From a virus, in IMG/VR virus record IMGVR_UViG_3300032308_002578, positions 1 through 64,000 of that record: a stretch of 64,000 nucleotides of DNA; one strand, 5' to 3'. This document shows positions 50,252 through 59,022 of this stretch, in pieces; within the stretch, counting starts at the first letter, position 1, and each line of letters starts with the position of its first letter. The notes under the pieces are model-generated. The model did not search any database, was not told the origin of the DNA, and saw only the letters and a list, made by a program, of their open reading frames with translations. A program made the translations under genes and the position numbers.

Positions 50252-50888
50252 GGAAACGTTCGCCAGCGTTCTGCTGACGCTATTTATCGACAAGTTCGGG
50301 ACCGAGAGCCTGCAGTGGGACCCGGCGACCATCGCCATGGAAATCGAAGAAGATTTTCATGTCGAACTCCCGCAACAGTCGATGGACAAGTTAATGGTCG
50401 CAATTCAACTGCTGACCACAGATCGGTTCTTCAAGAGCCTGCCCGACTTTATTACCTTCTGCAACATCCTCGGCGGGGACACATACAACCCCGATATGTG
50501 GGACCCAGCCGACGCTGAGGAGGTGGCGTGGGGGATCACCGAGGCCCTGCTCATCTCCCCGCCGGACGACGAGGACGAAGAACCGTTCACCAATGAGATC
50601 CGCGCCTACATCGGCTCAGCGCTGGACAGCGAGGGCATTATTAACCCGCCGGACATCCTGCGGATCGCGCTCCGTACAGCCCGCGTCTCCCCCAGCGTCG
50701 GCGACTTCTCGGACGACCCTGCGATGTTTAACGCCATCTACGACATGGAAGAAGGCAAGAAAGAAGACATCAACCAGTCGATTCTGATGAAGACGAAGTT
50801 GTTGGCAGCCCAGTTAGCGGCGTTGAACTTAGAGAACGGTAAAACCCAGTACGTGGCTGAGATGCTGCAGCGGTCACTGCAGAATTAA
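50214..50888 (+). CDS. acidic helical hypothetical protein
   Basis: About 224 aa with strong coding-type codon bias. Confidence 0.75.
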   Translation: MPKNLLQEAWTSKETFASVLLTLFIDKFGTESLQWDPATIAMEIEEDFHVELPQQSMDKLMVAIQLLTTDRFFKSLPDFITFCNILGGDTYNPDMWDPADAEEVAWGITEALLISPPDDEDEEPFTNEIRAYIGSALDSEGIINPPDILRIALRTARVSPSVGDFSDDPAMFNAIYDMEEGKKEDINQSILMKTKLLAAQLAALNLENGKTQYVAEMLQRSLQN

Positions 50889-50905
50889 ACCCAGAAAGCG
50901 TTATT

Positions 50906-51106
50906 ATGTTAGTGCTATCGCGGAAAAAAGAAGAGCAGATTGTGATCGGGAACGGCATCGTGGTGAAGGTAATCGAGATTTGCGGCAACCGCGTCAAACT
51001 TGGTTTGACGGCGCCGCCGTCGGTACCCATTGCCCGCGGTGAGATTTACACCGCCGAAAAGAAGGAGAAGAAGGAAAAAAATGGGGTGGAACGACAGACT
51101 TCCTGA
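50906..51106 (+). CDS. csrA: carbon storage regulator CsrA/RsmA homolog
   Basis: MLVLSRKKEEQIVIGNGIVVKVIEICGNRVKLGLTAPPSVPIARGEI matches the CsrA family pattern. Confidence 0.92.
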   Translation: MLVLSRKKEEQIVIGNGIVVKVIEICGNRVKLGLTAPPSVPIARGEIYTAEKKEKKEKNGVERQTS

Positions 51107-51362
51107 AGACCCCTATATCCCGTACGAGTCGCAGGACGACCGGGACGCCTACGAAAACTGGGCGATGTACATAGAGTTCTTGAGCGCCGAGGCCGAGTCT
51201 CGCGGTTTGACGTCAAACAATATCCAGCCCGGCGACCTACCCGTGAAAGAAACGCAGGACAACGTGGAGATCCTTGCCCGCCTGCGTGAATTGCCGCTAA
51301 AAACAGAGCGAAAAAATGAAGACCAGAATTCACGTCAATCAGCAGATCATCAAGAAAAATAA
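51081..51362 (+). CDS. hypothetical protein
   Basis: ATG 51081 after AAGGA. Confidence 0.55.
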   Translation: MGWNDRLPEDPYIPYESQDDRDAYENWAMYIEFLSAEAESRGLTSNNIQPGDLPVKETQDNVEILARLRELPLKTERKNEDQNSRQSADHQEK

Positions 51363-51645
51363 CAAGACAGGACGCCGAACGCCGCCGATCACTGTCAAGA
51401 ACTACAAAATTAACATCAAGGCGCGGGATGTATTTATTGACGGCCCGTGCCGTGTTGTTTATATGCCAGACAAGCCGCTCTCGTGCGGCGCCCGGGTATG
51501 GATCGAGACCGACAGTGAAATTGTTGTTAATCCTTTAGACACACACGAGACAACTAATGCCGGTAAAGGCAAAAACAAAGGTAAAGGCAAAGCCAAAGCG
51601 GCGCGCACGCCTGCCGTCACCCCAAGATTTTATTGCTGCCGGTGA
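51316..51645 (+). CDS. small phage hypothetical protein
   Basis: IHVNQ.IIK.N.K....PPITVK...GP..VVY.PDKPLSCGARVWIET resembles a widespread phage family. Confidence 0.7.
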   Translation: MKTRIHVNQQIIKKNNKTGRRTPPITVKNYKINIKARDVFIDGPCRVVYMPDKPLSCGARVWIETDSEIVVNPLDTHETTNAGKGKNKGKGKAKAARTPAVTPRFYCCR

Positions 51646-52009
51646 CATGCAAATCGAAGAGGTGCAGCAGTACCGGTGGTCTAGTTATGGCCCGTACGCG
51701 TTTTTTGTGGACATCGTTATGCCGCTTGAAATTGGTTCGGCGCAGATGATCGTGGACCTCGCCCACAACCGGATCTGCGAAATGACCGTCTGCGACTACA
51801 CCCAACCCAAAAACAAGGAGGCGTACCTGTGGCGTAATCCACTGTTTCGCAAGGCCCACGCCGCCGAAGCCCGGCAGCGCGGCTACACGAAGAAACAGAT
51901 GTCGTACGCGTGGGACAACACACCGTGGGTCAACGTGCCGCCGGCGCAGATATTCAAACGGCTGCGGGAAATGGTAGCCCGGGCAAAAAAGAAAAACCCG
52001 CCGAAGTGA
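51557..52009 (+). CDS. hypothetical protein
   Basis: 150 aa ORF; start uncertain. Confidence 0.6.
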   Translation: MPVKAKTKVKAKPKRRARLPSPQDFIAAGDMQIEEVQQYRWSSYGPYAFFVDIVMPLEIGSAQMIVDLAHNRICEMTVCDYTQPKNKEAYLWRNPLFRKAHAAEARQRGYTKKQMSYAWDNTPWVNVPPAQIFKRLREMVARAKKKNPPK

Positions 52010-52058
52010 GCATCGTTGAGAGGCCCGGCGGGTTTGCTGCGCGCAACTAATTAACGTG

Positions 52059-53231
52059 TCAGGCTTCTTCCTGCGCGGCCAGTTCAAACAACCGGTCAAT
52101 GGTCAGGAGATCCTCGGCGGCTGGGTTGCGGGCAACCACCGACGCCTGCTTCTCGGACATCAACTGGTCGAGTGTGGTCGCCATGCCGCGGTCGAGCGTG
52201 GGAACAATAGCCGCTAATTTATCGCGGTCCATGTACACCCCGCCGGCACTCACGGCCTCAGCGAAATCATCGCCTAAGTAGGCGCGAACATCTTCGACGG
52301 CCAACTTCTCAAGGTCGTCAAGCGCGTACACGTTGCCCGTGGTTGTCTCGACGTTCTGGTTCAGGAACTCGCGCGCAACCTTCTCGGTCACGGCAAACAG
52401 AACCTCCTCGGGCCGCGGCAGGCCACCCGCATCGTACAGTCGATACAGGTGGGTGCTGCGGTCGAAATTATCGACCGCGCTCGCCAACTTCAGCCGAGTG
52501 TCAACGGCCCGAGCCCTTTCGGGGTTCTGGTCGATGATCTCGGCCAACTTGGACAACTCACCAGCCAGATCTTTGTACTGGCGCTGGGTAAGCCGTACGC
52601 GGTCTTTAAGCATTTGGCTGGCCATCTTCGCGGCGCACGCGCCGTAGCCCGCAGCCAGTTCCAGCGTACCCTCGGCCACGCTGACATCGGCGTTAAAGTG
52701 GGCAGCCTTTTCCAGAATCTTGGTGGCAATGCGATTACGATCTTCGAAGACAAATTCGTCGCGGTACTGCTTAAAGTGCGCAGCGGCAAACTTGACCTCG
52801 CTGCCGTTCCGCAGGGGCCAGTGCCGTTCCTTGCGCCCGTCAGCCGCCACCCACACGATGCCGAAATCGTCGTCGGATACCGCGTCGAGCCCGGTCGAAG
52901 CAGTCTTTTCAAGTCCGGCGATCAGGCCCGAAATACCGAAGTACTCGGCGGCCTTATTAATGCGGGATTTAATGACATCGGCCTGCTTTTCCTCGAACTG
53001 CGCCTGCTTGTCCGCGAAGAACAAAGCCGACATCCACGTTGCGGGAGCCGTGTGACATGGGTAAAGTTTATTGTGCTGGTCCGCGTACAGGTGCCGAGGC
53101 AGCGTTTCGTCGCCGTTGAGACGCTCGTCCGCCGCAGACTTAACGAAGTCGGGCGCCGGGTGCAGCGCGGTCAACCTGTGCGTTTCACGGCCACTGATGT
53201 CGTGAGCATGGTCCAGCGGGATATTTGTCAT
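52059..53231 (-). CDS. K-x-A-rich protein, candidate internal head protein
   Basis: 390 aa from ATG 53231; 14 of 21 lysines sit in K-x-A. Confidence 0.75.
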   Translation of the reverse strand: MTNIPLDHAHDISGRETHRLTALHPAPDFVKSAADERLNGDETLPRHLYADQHNKLYPCHTAPATWMSALFFADKQAQFEEKQADVIKSRINKAAEYFGISGLIAGLEKTASTGLDAVSDDDFGIVWVAADGRKERHWPLRNGSEVKFAAAHFKQYRDEFVFEDRNRIATKILEKAAHFNADVSVAEGTLELAAGYGACAAKMASQMLKDRVRLTQRQYKDLAGELSKLAEIIDQNPERARAVDTRLKLASAVDNFDRSTHLYRLYDAGGLPRPEEVLFAVTEKVAREFLNQNVETTTGNVYALDDLEKLAVEDVRAYLGDDFAEAVSAGGVYMDRDKLAAIVPTLDRGMATTLDQLMSEKQASVVARNPAAEDLLTIDRLFELAAQEEA

Positions 53232-55866
53232 GGGTCTGCCTATTTCTTTAGTCCGCCGACATAACCACATGGGTGCCCTGTCGGCTTTGGGGGTGGCGCC
53301 GGAAATTCCAGCATTTCCGGCTGTGGTCAGTTGTCCATTATGTCAGCAAAATACGCTTCATCTATTCGACGATATCGTAACAGATGGTATTTGGCTGTAC
53401 TGTAACTCCTGTCTCGCCCATGGAAATATCATAACGTTTGGAGCCCAGATCTGGAATACAAGCCTCCCGGCCGTATTAACCCGGTTGACCGACCTTGGGT
53501 TTATAGCCCCGGGCGATGGCGATAAGTGCGCTGGCGAGTACGAGCGCGCCCACAGCAAGTTACAGGCCGCCAACGTTTTCTGGGACGCGGCTGCTTCTCA
53601 GGTCTGGAATCACGGTGACGACATCATTGCCGTCCGGCTCCGCGAAGTGGGCGTGCAGCACGAGATTGTCGCCTGTCAGGGGCTCGTCGGCGTAGCCCAC
53701 ACCGACCAGATTGCAGAACTGTATGCCGCTATGGGTCGGTCCAAACCGGCAGCGCTGCGCCCGCGGGCTCCCAGCATCGTGTTTCCGTACTACGACCTGC
53801 CCGGGCGATTTACAGGGTTTTTTCTGGTCCAGTACGACGAAGACTTTGCCGTGAAAACATCGTTCGTTTCACGGGAGTATAAAAAGCGCCGAGCGGACGC
53901 TGGTTACTGGCATCTTATTTCGGGATTATTGCCTGTGCCGCAATTATTGCGGAATAGAATGTTTATCGTTGACGACCCGTTTTGGGCACTTTCGGCCCAG
54001 TGTCGGCAACTAAAATACGGCCTGCCGTTCTTGCCGCTGGCCGCCAGTTATAGCGGGCCGGAAGCCACCAGTTACGGCCAGAACTGGCAGTCCTTTTATC
54101 CGACCACCCGATTGTTTCAGGGCCGCGTCAGCACGCCTGAGCTTGTCAGCCAAGCCTGCACGGCCAAGGGCTACGTATGTATTGCCCCGTTGGACAAAAA
54201 CGAGTACACGCAAAAAAAGCCTAAATACAATCTGGTCCGGCTGGCGGCGCTTCAGGCCGTCGCCGAGACGTGGCAGTCGAACCTCCTTAACACGCTTACC
54301 GCATCCAGCGAACTTACGGCGTTTGCGTTCGCTACCCGGCTCCGAATTTCGGTTGACCGCCTGCAGATGTTTTTCAACAAACACGCCGATAAGTTTTCGA
54401 CCAGGTTTGCCGAAAAAGTGCTCGACACCGTGAAACTGGCACCGGCAGCACCCACCAAGATCTTCCGGCGGTGGACGCTGATCGAGCGCGACAACAAATG
54501 GTGGACGCAAGTCGGCCAGCAAATCTGCAACGCGCGGCCCGTCATTACCAAGATTTTGCAAGACGATGATGGCGAAAAAATGTACGGCGGGCAGATCTAC
54601 GTCGGCGAAGAGGTTTACGAATTTACCGACAGCGCCGAAAAGATTGAACGGATGGGGCTGCTCGCGTACGCGTTCGCGCACATGGCGCCGCTGGGCAAAC
54701 TGATCACCTACGACCGGCACTGGAACCCCAAGAGCCATTTGCTGGCCATGCAGTTGCACCCACCAGCGCTCGAAGTCGTGTCGTCCAAGATCGGCTGGGA
54801 CGAACAAACAAATACGTTTCGGCTTGGTGCGTACGGCATCACGAATAGTGGCGAAATCACCGAAACACCAACGTTGCCCAACAAGCGGTTAAAGACCAGT
54901 TTTCCGGAACCCGTGCTCGTGGCGCCGATCAGCATTCGGCAGTTTTTAACGACTAGTCCGCAAAACGCGTTTGTCTGGAATGTGTTCTCGTCTGTCACTG
55001 CGGCATTAATTGCGCCCATTCTGCGCAAAGACCCGGAAGGCACGATCATTTGCGGCCCGGCGTTCAATACCGCGGCCAAGATCGGGGCTGCCTTGAACTG
55101 CGAGCACGTCCAGACATCGGCGCTACGCAAATACGACGCCGGCCGGTTTCTGGACGCCGCGACCCGGGAAAGATCATGGCCGGTCTTTGCCTCTAGCGCG
55201 TTTAACGACACCCTGTTCAATGCCGCCTTGAGCAAATGCCACAATCAGGCGGCCGTCGTACGCATGACCGAAGATGCTGCGGCGGTGGGTGTCGGCTACG
55301 GTTGGCAGAGCATTGTCGGTGTCGCGCCGCCGCCCGATACCGATTTCTCGGCGCTGCAGTATGTGCTGCCGGGTTATATTCAGCGGCTGCTCAAAATGCG
55401 GATGAGTTTCGCCGCGCAAAATAAACATTTAACGACAGGTGTGCTGCAGGACATCCATAAATGGCTGCAGGAAACCTACGACGCCACGTTTCATTTACCC
55501 CAAGCCTTAAATCAGTTAACGACCCCCGCAGACGCGCACAAAGCCATTATGCGGGAAATTAACAGAGCCGTTCAGGCCGATAAAATAGCGATTATTCCCA
55601 GACCACGCCGGCGCGATCAGGCCAGTAATTACGTACTGCGCCGCAAAGACCACTGGTGGTTAAACCGCAGGGCTATCGACAACTATCTTGCCGCCTGTAA
55701 AAATATTCCACCGAACTGGCTGGCAATTATAGACTTAATGCTTGCTGCCGGTGTGTACGCCGGAGAGGAAACCATCCACAACCTGCCCGGCATACTCGTC
55801 GATACGCGGTGGTGCGATCAATTCTGGGAAGATTGCGATTTGTCATCTAGTCGTGAAATTGGGTGA
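53230..55866 (+). CDS. large protein with N-terminal primase-like Zn finger (replication-related, inferred)
   Basis: CPLC...CNSC.AHGNII; IVFPYYDLPGRFTGF resembles primase cores; KIGWDEQ..F.LG resembles DUF927-like regions. Confidence 0.6.
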   Translation: MGLPISLVRRHNHMGALSALGVAPEIPAFPAVVSCPLCQQNTLHLFDDIVTDGIWLYCNSCLAHGNIITFGAQIWNTSLPAVLTRLTDLGFIAPGDGDKCAGEYERAHSKLQAANVFWDAAASQVWNHGDDIIAVRLREVGVQHEIVACQGLVGVAHTDQIAELYAAMGRSKPAALRPRAPSIVFPYYDLPGRFTGFFLVQYDEDFAVKTSFVSREYKKRRADAGYWHLISGLLPVPQLLRNRMFIVDDPFWALSAQCRQLKYGLPFLPLAASYSGPEATSYGQNWQSFYPTTRLFQGRVSTPELVSQACTAKGYVCIAPLDKNEYTQKKPKYNLVRLAALQAVAETWQSNLLNTLTASSELTAFAFATRLRISVDRLQMFFNKHADKFSTRFAEKVLDTVKLAPAAPTKIFRRWTLIERDNKWWTQVGQQICNARPVITKILQDDDGEKMYGGQIYVGEEVYEFTDSAEKIERMGLLAYAFAHMAPLGKLITYDRHWNPKSHLLAMQLHPPALEVVSSKIGWDEQTNTFRLGAYGITNSGEITETPTLPNKRLKTSFPEPVLVAPISIRQFLTTSPQNAFVWNVFSSVTAALIAPILRKDPEGTIICGPAFNTAAKIGAALNCEHVQTSALRKYDAGRFLDAATRERSWPVFASSAFNDTLFNAALSKCHNQAAVVRMTEDAAAVGVGYGWQSIVGVAPPPDTDFSALQYVLPGYIQRLLKMRMSFAAQNKHLTTGVLQDIHKWLQETYDATFHLPQALNQLTTPADAHKAIMREINRAVQADKIAIIPRPRRRDQASNYVLRRKDHWWLNRRAIDNYLAACKNIPPNWLAIIDLMLAAGVYAGEETIHNLPGILVDTRWCDQFWEDCDLSSSREIG

Positions 55867-55870
55867 ATAA

Positions 55871-56197
55871 ATGAAGCGTCGTCGAAACCGGTATAACTCA
55901 GACCGCCAGCCGTTCAATCAAAACGATGATCTCGACGACGATTTCATCGAAGAGGAATGGCAATTTGTCGACGACGAGGATGACGACGACGAGGACGACT
56001 TTGATTTCGACAGCGGCCATAAAACCGACTGGTACATCCCCGACGACAACGACGAAGATGAAGACGACGAAGACTACGAGGACGAAGATTACGAAAACGA
56101 AGACGACGACGCTGACGACGCCGCGTTTAACTGGGACGATGACGACGATGAGGACGACGACCCAGCGTACGAGGACAATTTCAACATAGACGAATAG
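55871..56197 (+). CDS. extremely acidic small protein
   Basis: Basic MKRRRNR N-terminus followed by a mostly D/E tract with spaced aromatic residues. Confidence 0.7.
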   Translation: MKRRRNRYNSDRQPFNQNDDLDDDFIEEEWQFVDDEDDDDEDDFDFDSGHKTDWYIPDDNDEDEDDEDYEDEDYENEDDDADDAAFNWDDDDDEDDDPAYEDNFNIDE

Positions 56198-56202
56198 GTG
56201 TC

Positions 56203-56682
56203 ATGCAAACATTTCTGCCGCTACCGAGATTTAAACATTCGGCGGCAGTTCTTGATAACAAACGACTCGGCAAACAACGGGTCGAATGCAAACAGATCTT
56301 GTTGTGTTTGGGTGTGCCAATTGGCGACCATACGCCAACGCCCGGCGGTTCGAAGTGGCGCAATCACCCAGCCGTGCGCATGTGGGCTGGCCATGAGATT
56401 GCCCTCGCGGCATACTCCATCGTGGTTTGCCGAGAATGGCGCCGGCGTGGCTTTCGCGACACGCTGCTCGCGCAGTTCATGGCCTGCTACGGCGTGCTGC
56501 GGCCGACAGTAACGCGCGTGGACTATCCGCCATGGTTTGGCGACTATGACTTGCACGCCAGCCACCGCAGCAATTTGTTACGCAAGGACTATCGCTTTTA
56601 TTCGCAGTTTGGATGGATGGAGCCCATCGACCTACCGTACATTTGGCCCGTGGAGAAAGAACATGCAGGCAGTGCTCATTGA
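56203..56682 (+). CDS. pyrimidine-dimer DNA glycosylase-like protein (MSMEG_6728/DenV-like)
   Basis: MQTFLP...LDNKRLGKQRVECKQIL...WRNHPAVRMW...SHRSNLLRKD signature. Confidence 0.85.
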   Translation: MQTFLPLPRFKHSAAVLDNKRLGKQRVECKQILLCLGVPIGDHTPTPGGSKWRNHPAVRMWAGHEIALAAYSIVVCREWRRRGFRDTLLAQFMACYGVLRPTVTRVDYPPWFGDYDLHASHRSNLLRKDYRFYSQFGWMEPIDLPYIWPVEKEHAGSAH

Positions 56683-57010
56683 CCCGTACAAAGAAGAAGT
56701 CACAAACGTCGAGTACAACGGCGACTATAAGCAGATCTATGACCACATTAAGGCTGACTGTTTTACGCTGGTGCGGCTACACGACAACGACGACGTATTC
56801 GTGGACGATGAGGGTCTGCTCAAAGTCACCAAGGACACGAAATTTTTCATGCTCAAGGACTACCCACAGCCGCTCGCGGGCTACGGGTTGATTCTCGGCA
56901 ACGACGACGAGGGCGAATCGGTAGCCGTGCACCACACTGCCGAATTCTACCGGCCCAAGGTACAATTCCTCGACGCGCAGATGGTGCGGGTGTTTGGTTA
57001 CTTTAAGTAA
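56663..57010 (+). CDS. DUF3846-like hypothetical protein
   Basis: SD GGAG; LIDP...FVDDEGLL...PLAG.GLILG.D.EGES pattern. Confidence 0.7.
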   Translation: MQAVLIDPYKEEVTNVEYNGDYKQIYDHIKADCFTLVRLHDNDDVFVDDEGLLKVTKDTKFFMLKDYPQPLAGYGLILGNDDEGESVAVHHTAEFYRPKVQFLDAQMVRVFGYFK

Positions 57011-57080
57011 TTGCTGATTTGTAATTTAGGTTGTAGTTACAACGTAAAACCGCTAAACAGTTTAAATGGCCCGCAAAAAC

Positions 57081-57151
57081 GCCCCCATAGCATAATGATA
57101 ATGCGGCTGATTTGTAATCAGCGGATGAAGGTTTGATTCCTTCTGGGGGCT
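57081..57151 (+). tRNA. tRNA-Thr (UGU), CCA not encoded
   Basis: Acceptor GCCCCCA/TGGGGGC, D stem GCAT/ATGC, anticodon arm GCTGA-TTTGTAA-TCAGC, T arm GAAGG-TTTGATT-CCTTC. Confidence 0.85.
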
Positions 57152-57191
57152 TTTAAACTGTTAAAATCATGGCACACACGGAGGTGTTGCC

Positions 57192-57635
57192 ATGAACGAG
57201 TTTACGATCAAGATCCGCGATATTAACAAGTTGAGCCTGATCGACGCGACGGCTATCTACAGCCGGCTGTCGTGGCCTGACTCCGGTAGCACGAGTTCCA
57301 TTCAGCGAGAATTGGAAAAACGCTACCTCACGCCAGAGCCCGGACCGCACCCGGAGATGGCCATTGCGCTGATCTGGCACAACAGCCTGCTCGTCGCGTG
57401 GGTCGGGAGCCGGCTGTGGCCGGAACGATTCAAGGGCGAGACGATCATGGCCCAGACTATCGAGTGCTTCACAGATCCGGAACTGCGACAGCGGGGATAT
57501 GCCGCGCTAGGCTTGCAAGCATTGCTTACGGCCGGATTTATTGATAGAGCTAAGCACGTCGCAGTCTACGCCAAGAACGTGGTCAAGATAGCCGAGCGCT
57601 GCGGCTGCAAAAGCGTGCTGCTGTGCGAGCCGTAA
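57192..57635 (+). CDS. GNAT-like acetyltransferase
   Basis: Acetyl-CoA motif A-like FTDPELRQRGYAALGLQAL; SD GGAGGT. Confidence 0.65.
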   Translation: MNEFTIKIRDINKLSLIDATAIYSRLSWPDSGSTSSIQRELEKRYLTPEPGPHPEMAIALIWHNSLLVAWVGSRLWPERFKGETIMAQTIECFTDPELRQRGYAALGLQALLTAGFIDRAKHVAVYAKNVVKIAERCGCKSVLLCEP

Positions 57636-57668
57636 ACAAACACACAGTTAACTTACTGTATGCAGTTT

Positions 57669-57699
57669 AAACCCGTGGCATGATTGCCGCGGGTTTTTT
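57669..57699 (+). terminator. intrinsic terminator upstream of the RAMP locus
   Basis: AAACCCGTGGCA-TGAT-TGCCGCGGGTTT followed by TTT. Confidence 0.8.
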
Positions 57700-57759
57700 A
57701 TTTACACAATTAGTTTGCGTATGTGAGTGTTTTTAACAATAACTAACAAAGGAAAAGAC

Positions 57760-58518
57760 ATGGCAACCATGCTCAAGGGTTCGAAGAAGACGCAAGCCAA
57801 GGCCAAGACGACAAAGACTGCCGCCAAAGAGCACCTCGGCCCCGATGACGATAAGGGCGATTTGGCAATTGCTGATCGCGTGGGCGTGACGATCACAGCG
57901 CCCAACTTCAAGACCGTGGAGATCACAATCCGCGGCACGGCGCCGTACGTGCAGTTGGCGTTCGGCAAGAAGGCGCGCGAAATGATGCGCGAGAAGCAGG
58001 CTGCCGGCTCGACCGCCGCCAAGGGCAAGAAGCGCGAAGCCAAGGACTTCGATGCGAACTTCAAGGAAGCCCAGCACGTCTCAACCAAGGGCTGGTGTGG
58101 CATCCCAGCCAGCGCCCTTCGTAACGCGCTGGTTGACTCCTGCGTGGTCGTGGGCTATCACAAGACCAAGGCGAAGAAGGCTATTTTCGTCGAGGCCGAC
58201 GGTTTCGACGCTGTCGAAGGCACGCCGCTCATCCGGTTGTACAATGACGGCAAGGGTAAGTTGGTAGACGCCAAGCCGAAGCACGTCGAGCACACCGTTC
58301 GCAACGCGACCGGCGTTGCCGATATCCGTGTTCGAGCGATGTTTGAGCAGTGGCAGGCCAAGGTCCGCGTGCGTTTTGATGCCGACATGTTCACGCCGGC
58401 CGACATTGCCAATCTCATGCTGCGCGCTGGTATGCAAGTCGGAATCGGCGAAGGCCGCGCAGATTCGCCCAATTCGTGCGGTATGGGCTGGGGTCATTTC
58501 GAGTGCGTGAAGGGTTAA
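57760..58518 (+). CDS. stand-alone Cas7/RAMP-like RNA-binding protein (Vipr-like)
   Basis: First strand VEITIRGTAPY, GIPASALRNAL helix motif and C-terminal glycine-rich loop GIGEGR...GMGWGHF are RAMP hallmarks; ATG 57760 after AAAGGA. Confidence 0.75.
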   Translation: MATMLKGSKKTQAKAKTTKTAAKEHLGPDDDKGDLAIADRVGVTITAPNFKTVEITIRGTAPYVQLAFGKKAREMMREKQAAGSTAAKGKKREAKDFDANFKEAQHVSTKGWCGIPASALRNALVDSCVVVGYHKTKAKKAIFVEADGFDAVEGTPLIRLYNDGKGKLVDAKPKHVEHTVRNATGVADIRVRAMFEQWQAKVRVRFDADMFTPADIANLMLRAGMQVGIGEGRADSPNSCGMGWGHFECVKG

Positions 58519-58537
58519 TTTAACAAGGAGAAATGTT

Positions 58538-59017
58538 ATGGGGCGTAAACGGCAAATGTCTTCCATCAAGGAAGAACTGACGCAGATTTTTCAAAAGCAC
58601 AACGGCAATCTTCCGCCCGAAGCCGTTGTCGAATTTGCGCGCAATAAAAACACCGCGTTGCACGCAGAGTTTGAGTGGGATGATACAGAAGCGGCGCATC
58701 AGTTTCGGCTAGTGCAGGCACGAAATATCATCCGACTGAACATAGACATCGTCGAAACGCCCAACGGCAATGTTCGCGTTCCCGTGTATGTGTCGCTTGT
58801 TTCAGACCGACGCAGCGGCCTCGGCTACCGGGCGCTCACAGACGTCATGAGCGACGCCGACATGCGTGCTCAGTTATTGCAACAGGCGATCGACGAGTTG
58901 CAGCGAGTTCGGCGCAAGTATGAATCGCTGCGCGAATTGGCGCCTGTGTTCTCGGCTTTAGATCGCGTCGCCCGCAACGCCAGCAGGCGGCCAACACGTC
59001 GCGCCGCTCGGGCTTAA
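58538..59017 (+). CDS. partner protein between the RAMP gene and the array
   Basis: SD AAGGAG; LPPEAVVEFARNKNTALHAEFEWDDTEAAHQFRLVQARNIIR, helical and Arg-rich C-terminus. Confidence 0.8.
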   Translation: MGRKRQMSSIKEELTQIFQKHNGNLPPEAVVEFARNKNTALHAEFEWDDTEAAHQFRLVQARNIIRLNIDIVETPNGNVRVPVYVSLVSDRRSGLGYRALTDVMSDADMRAQLLQQAIDELQRVRRKYESLRELAPVFSALDRVARNASRRPTRRAARA

Positions 59018-59022
59018 ATATT

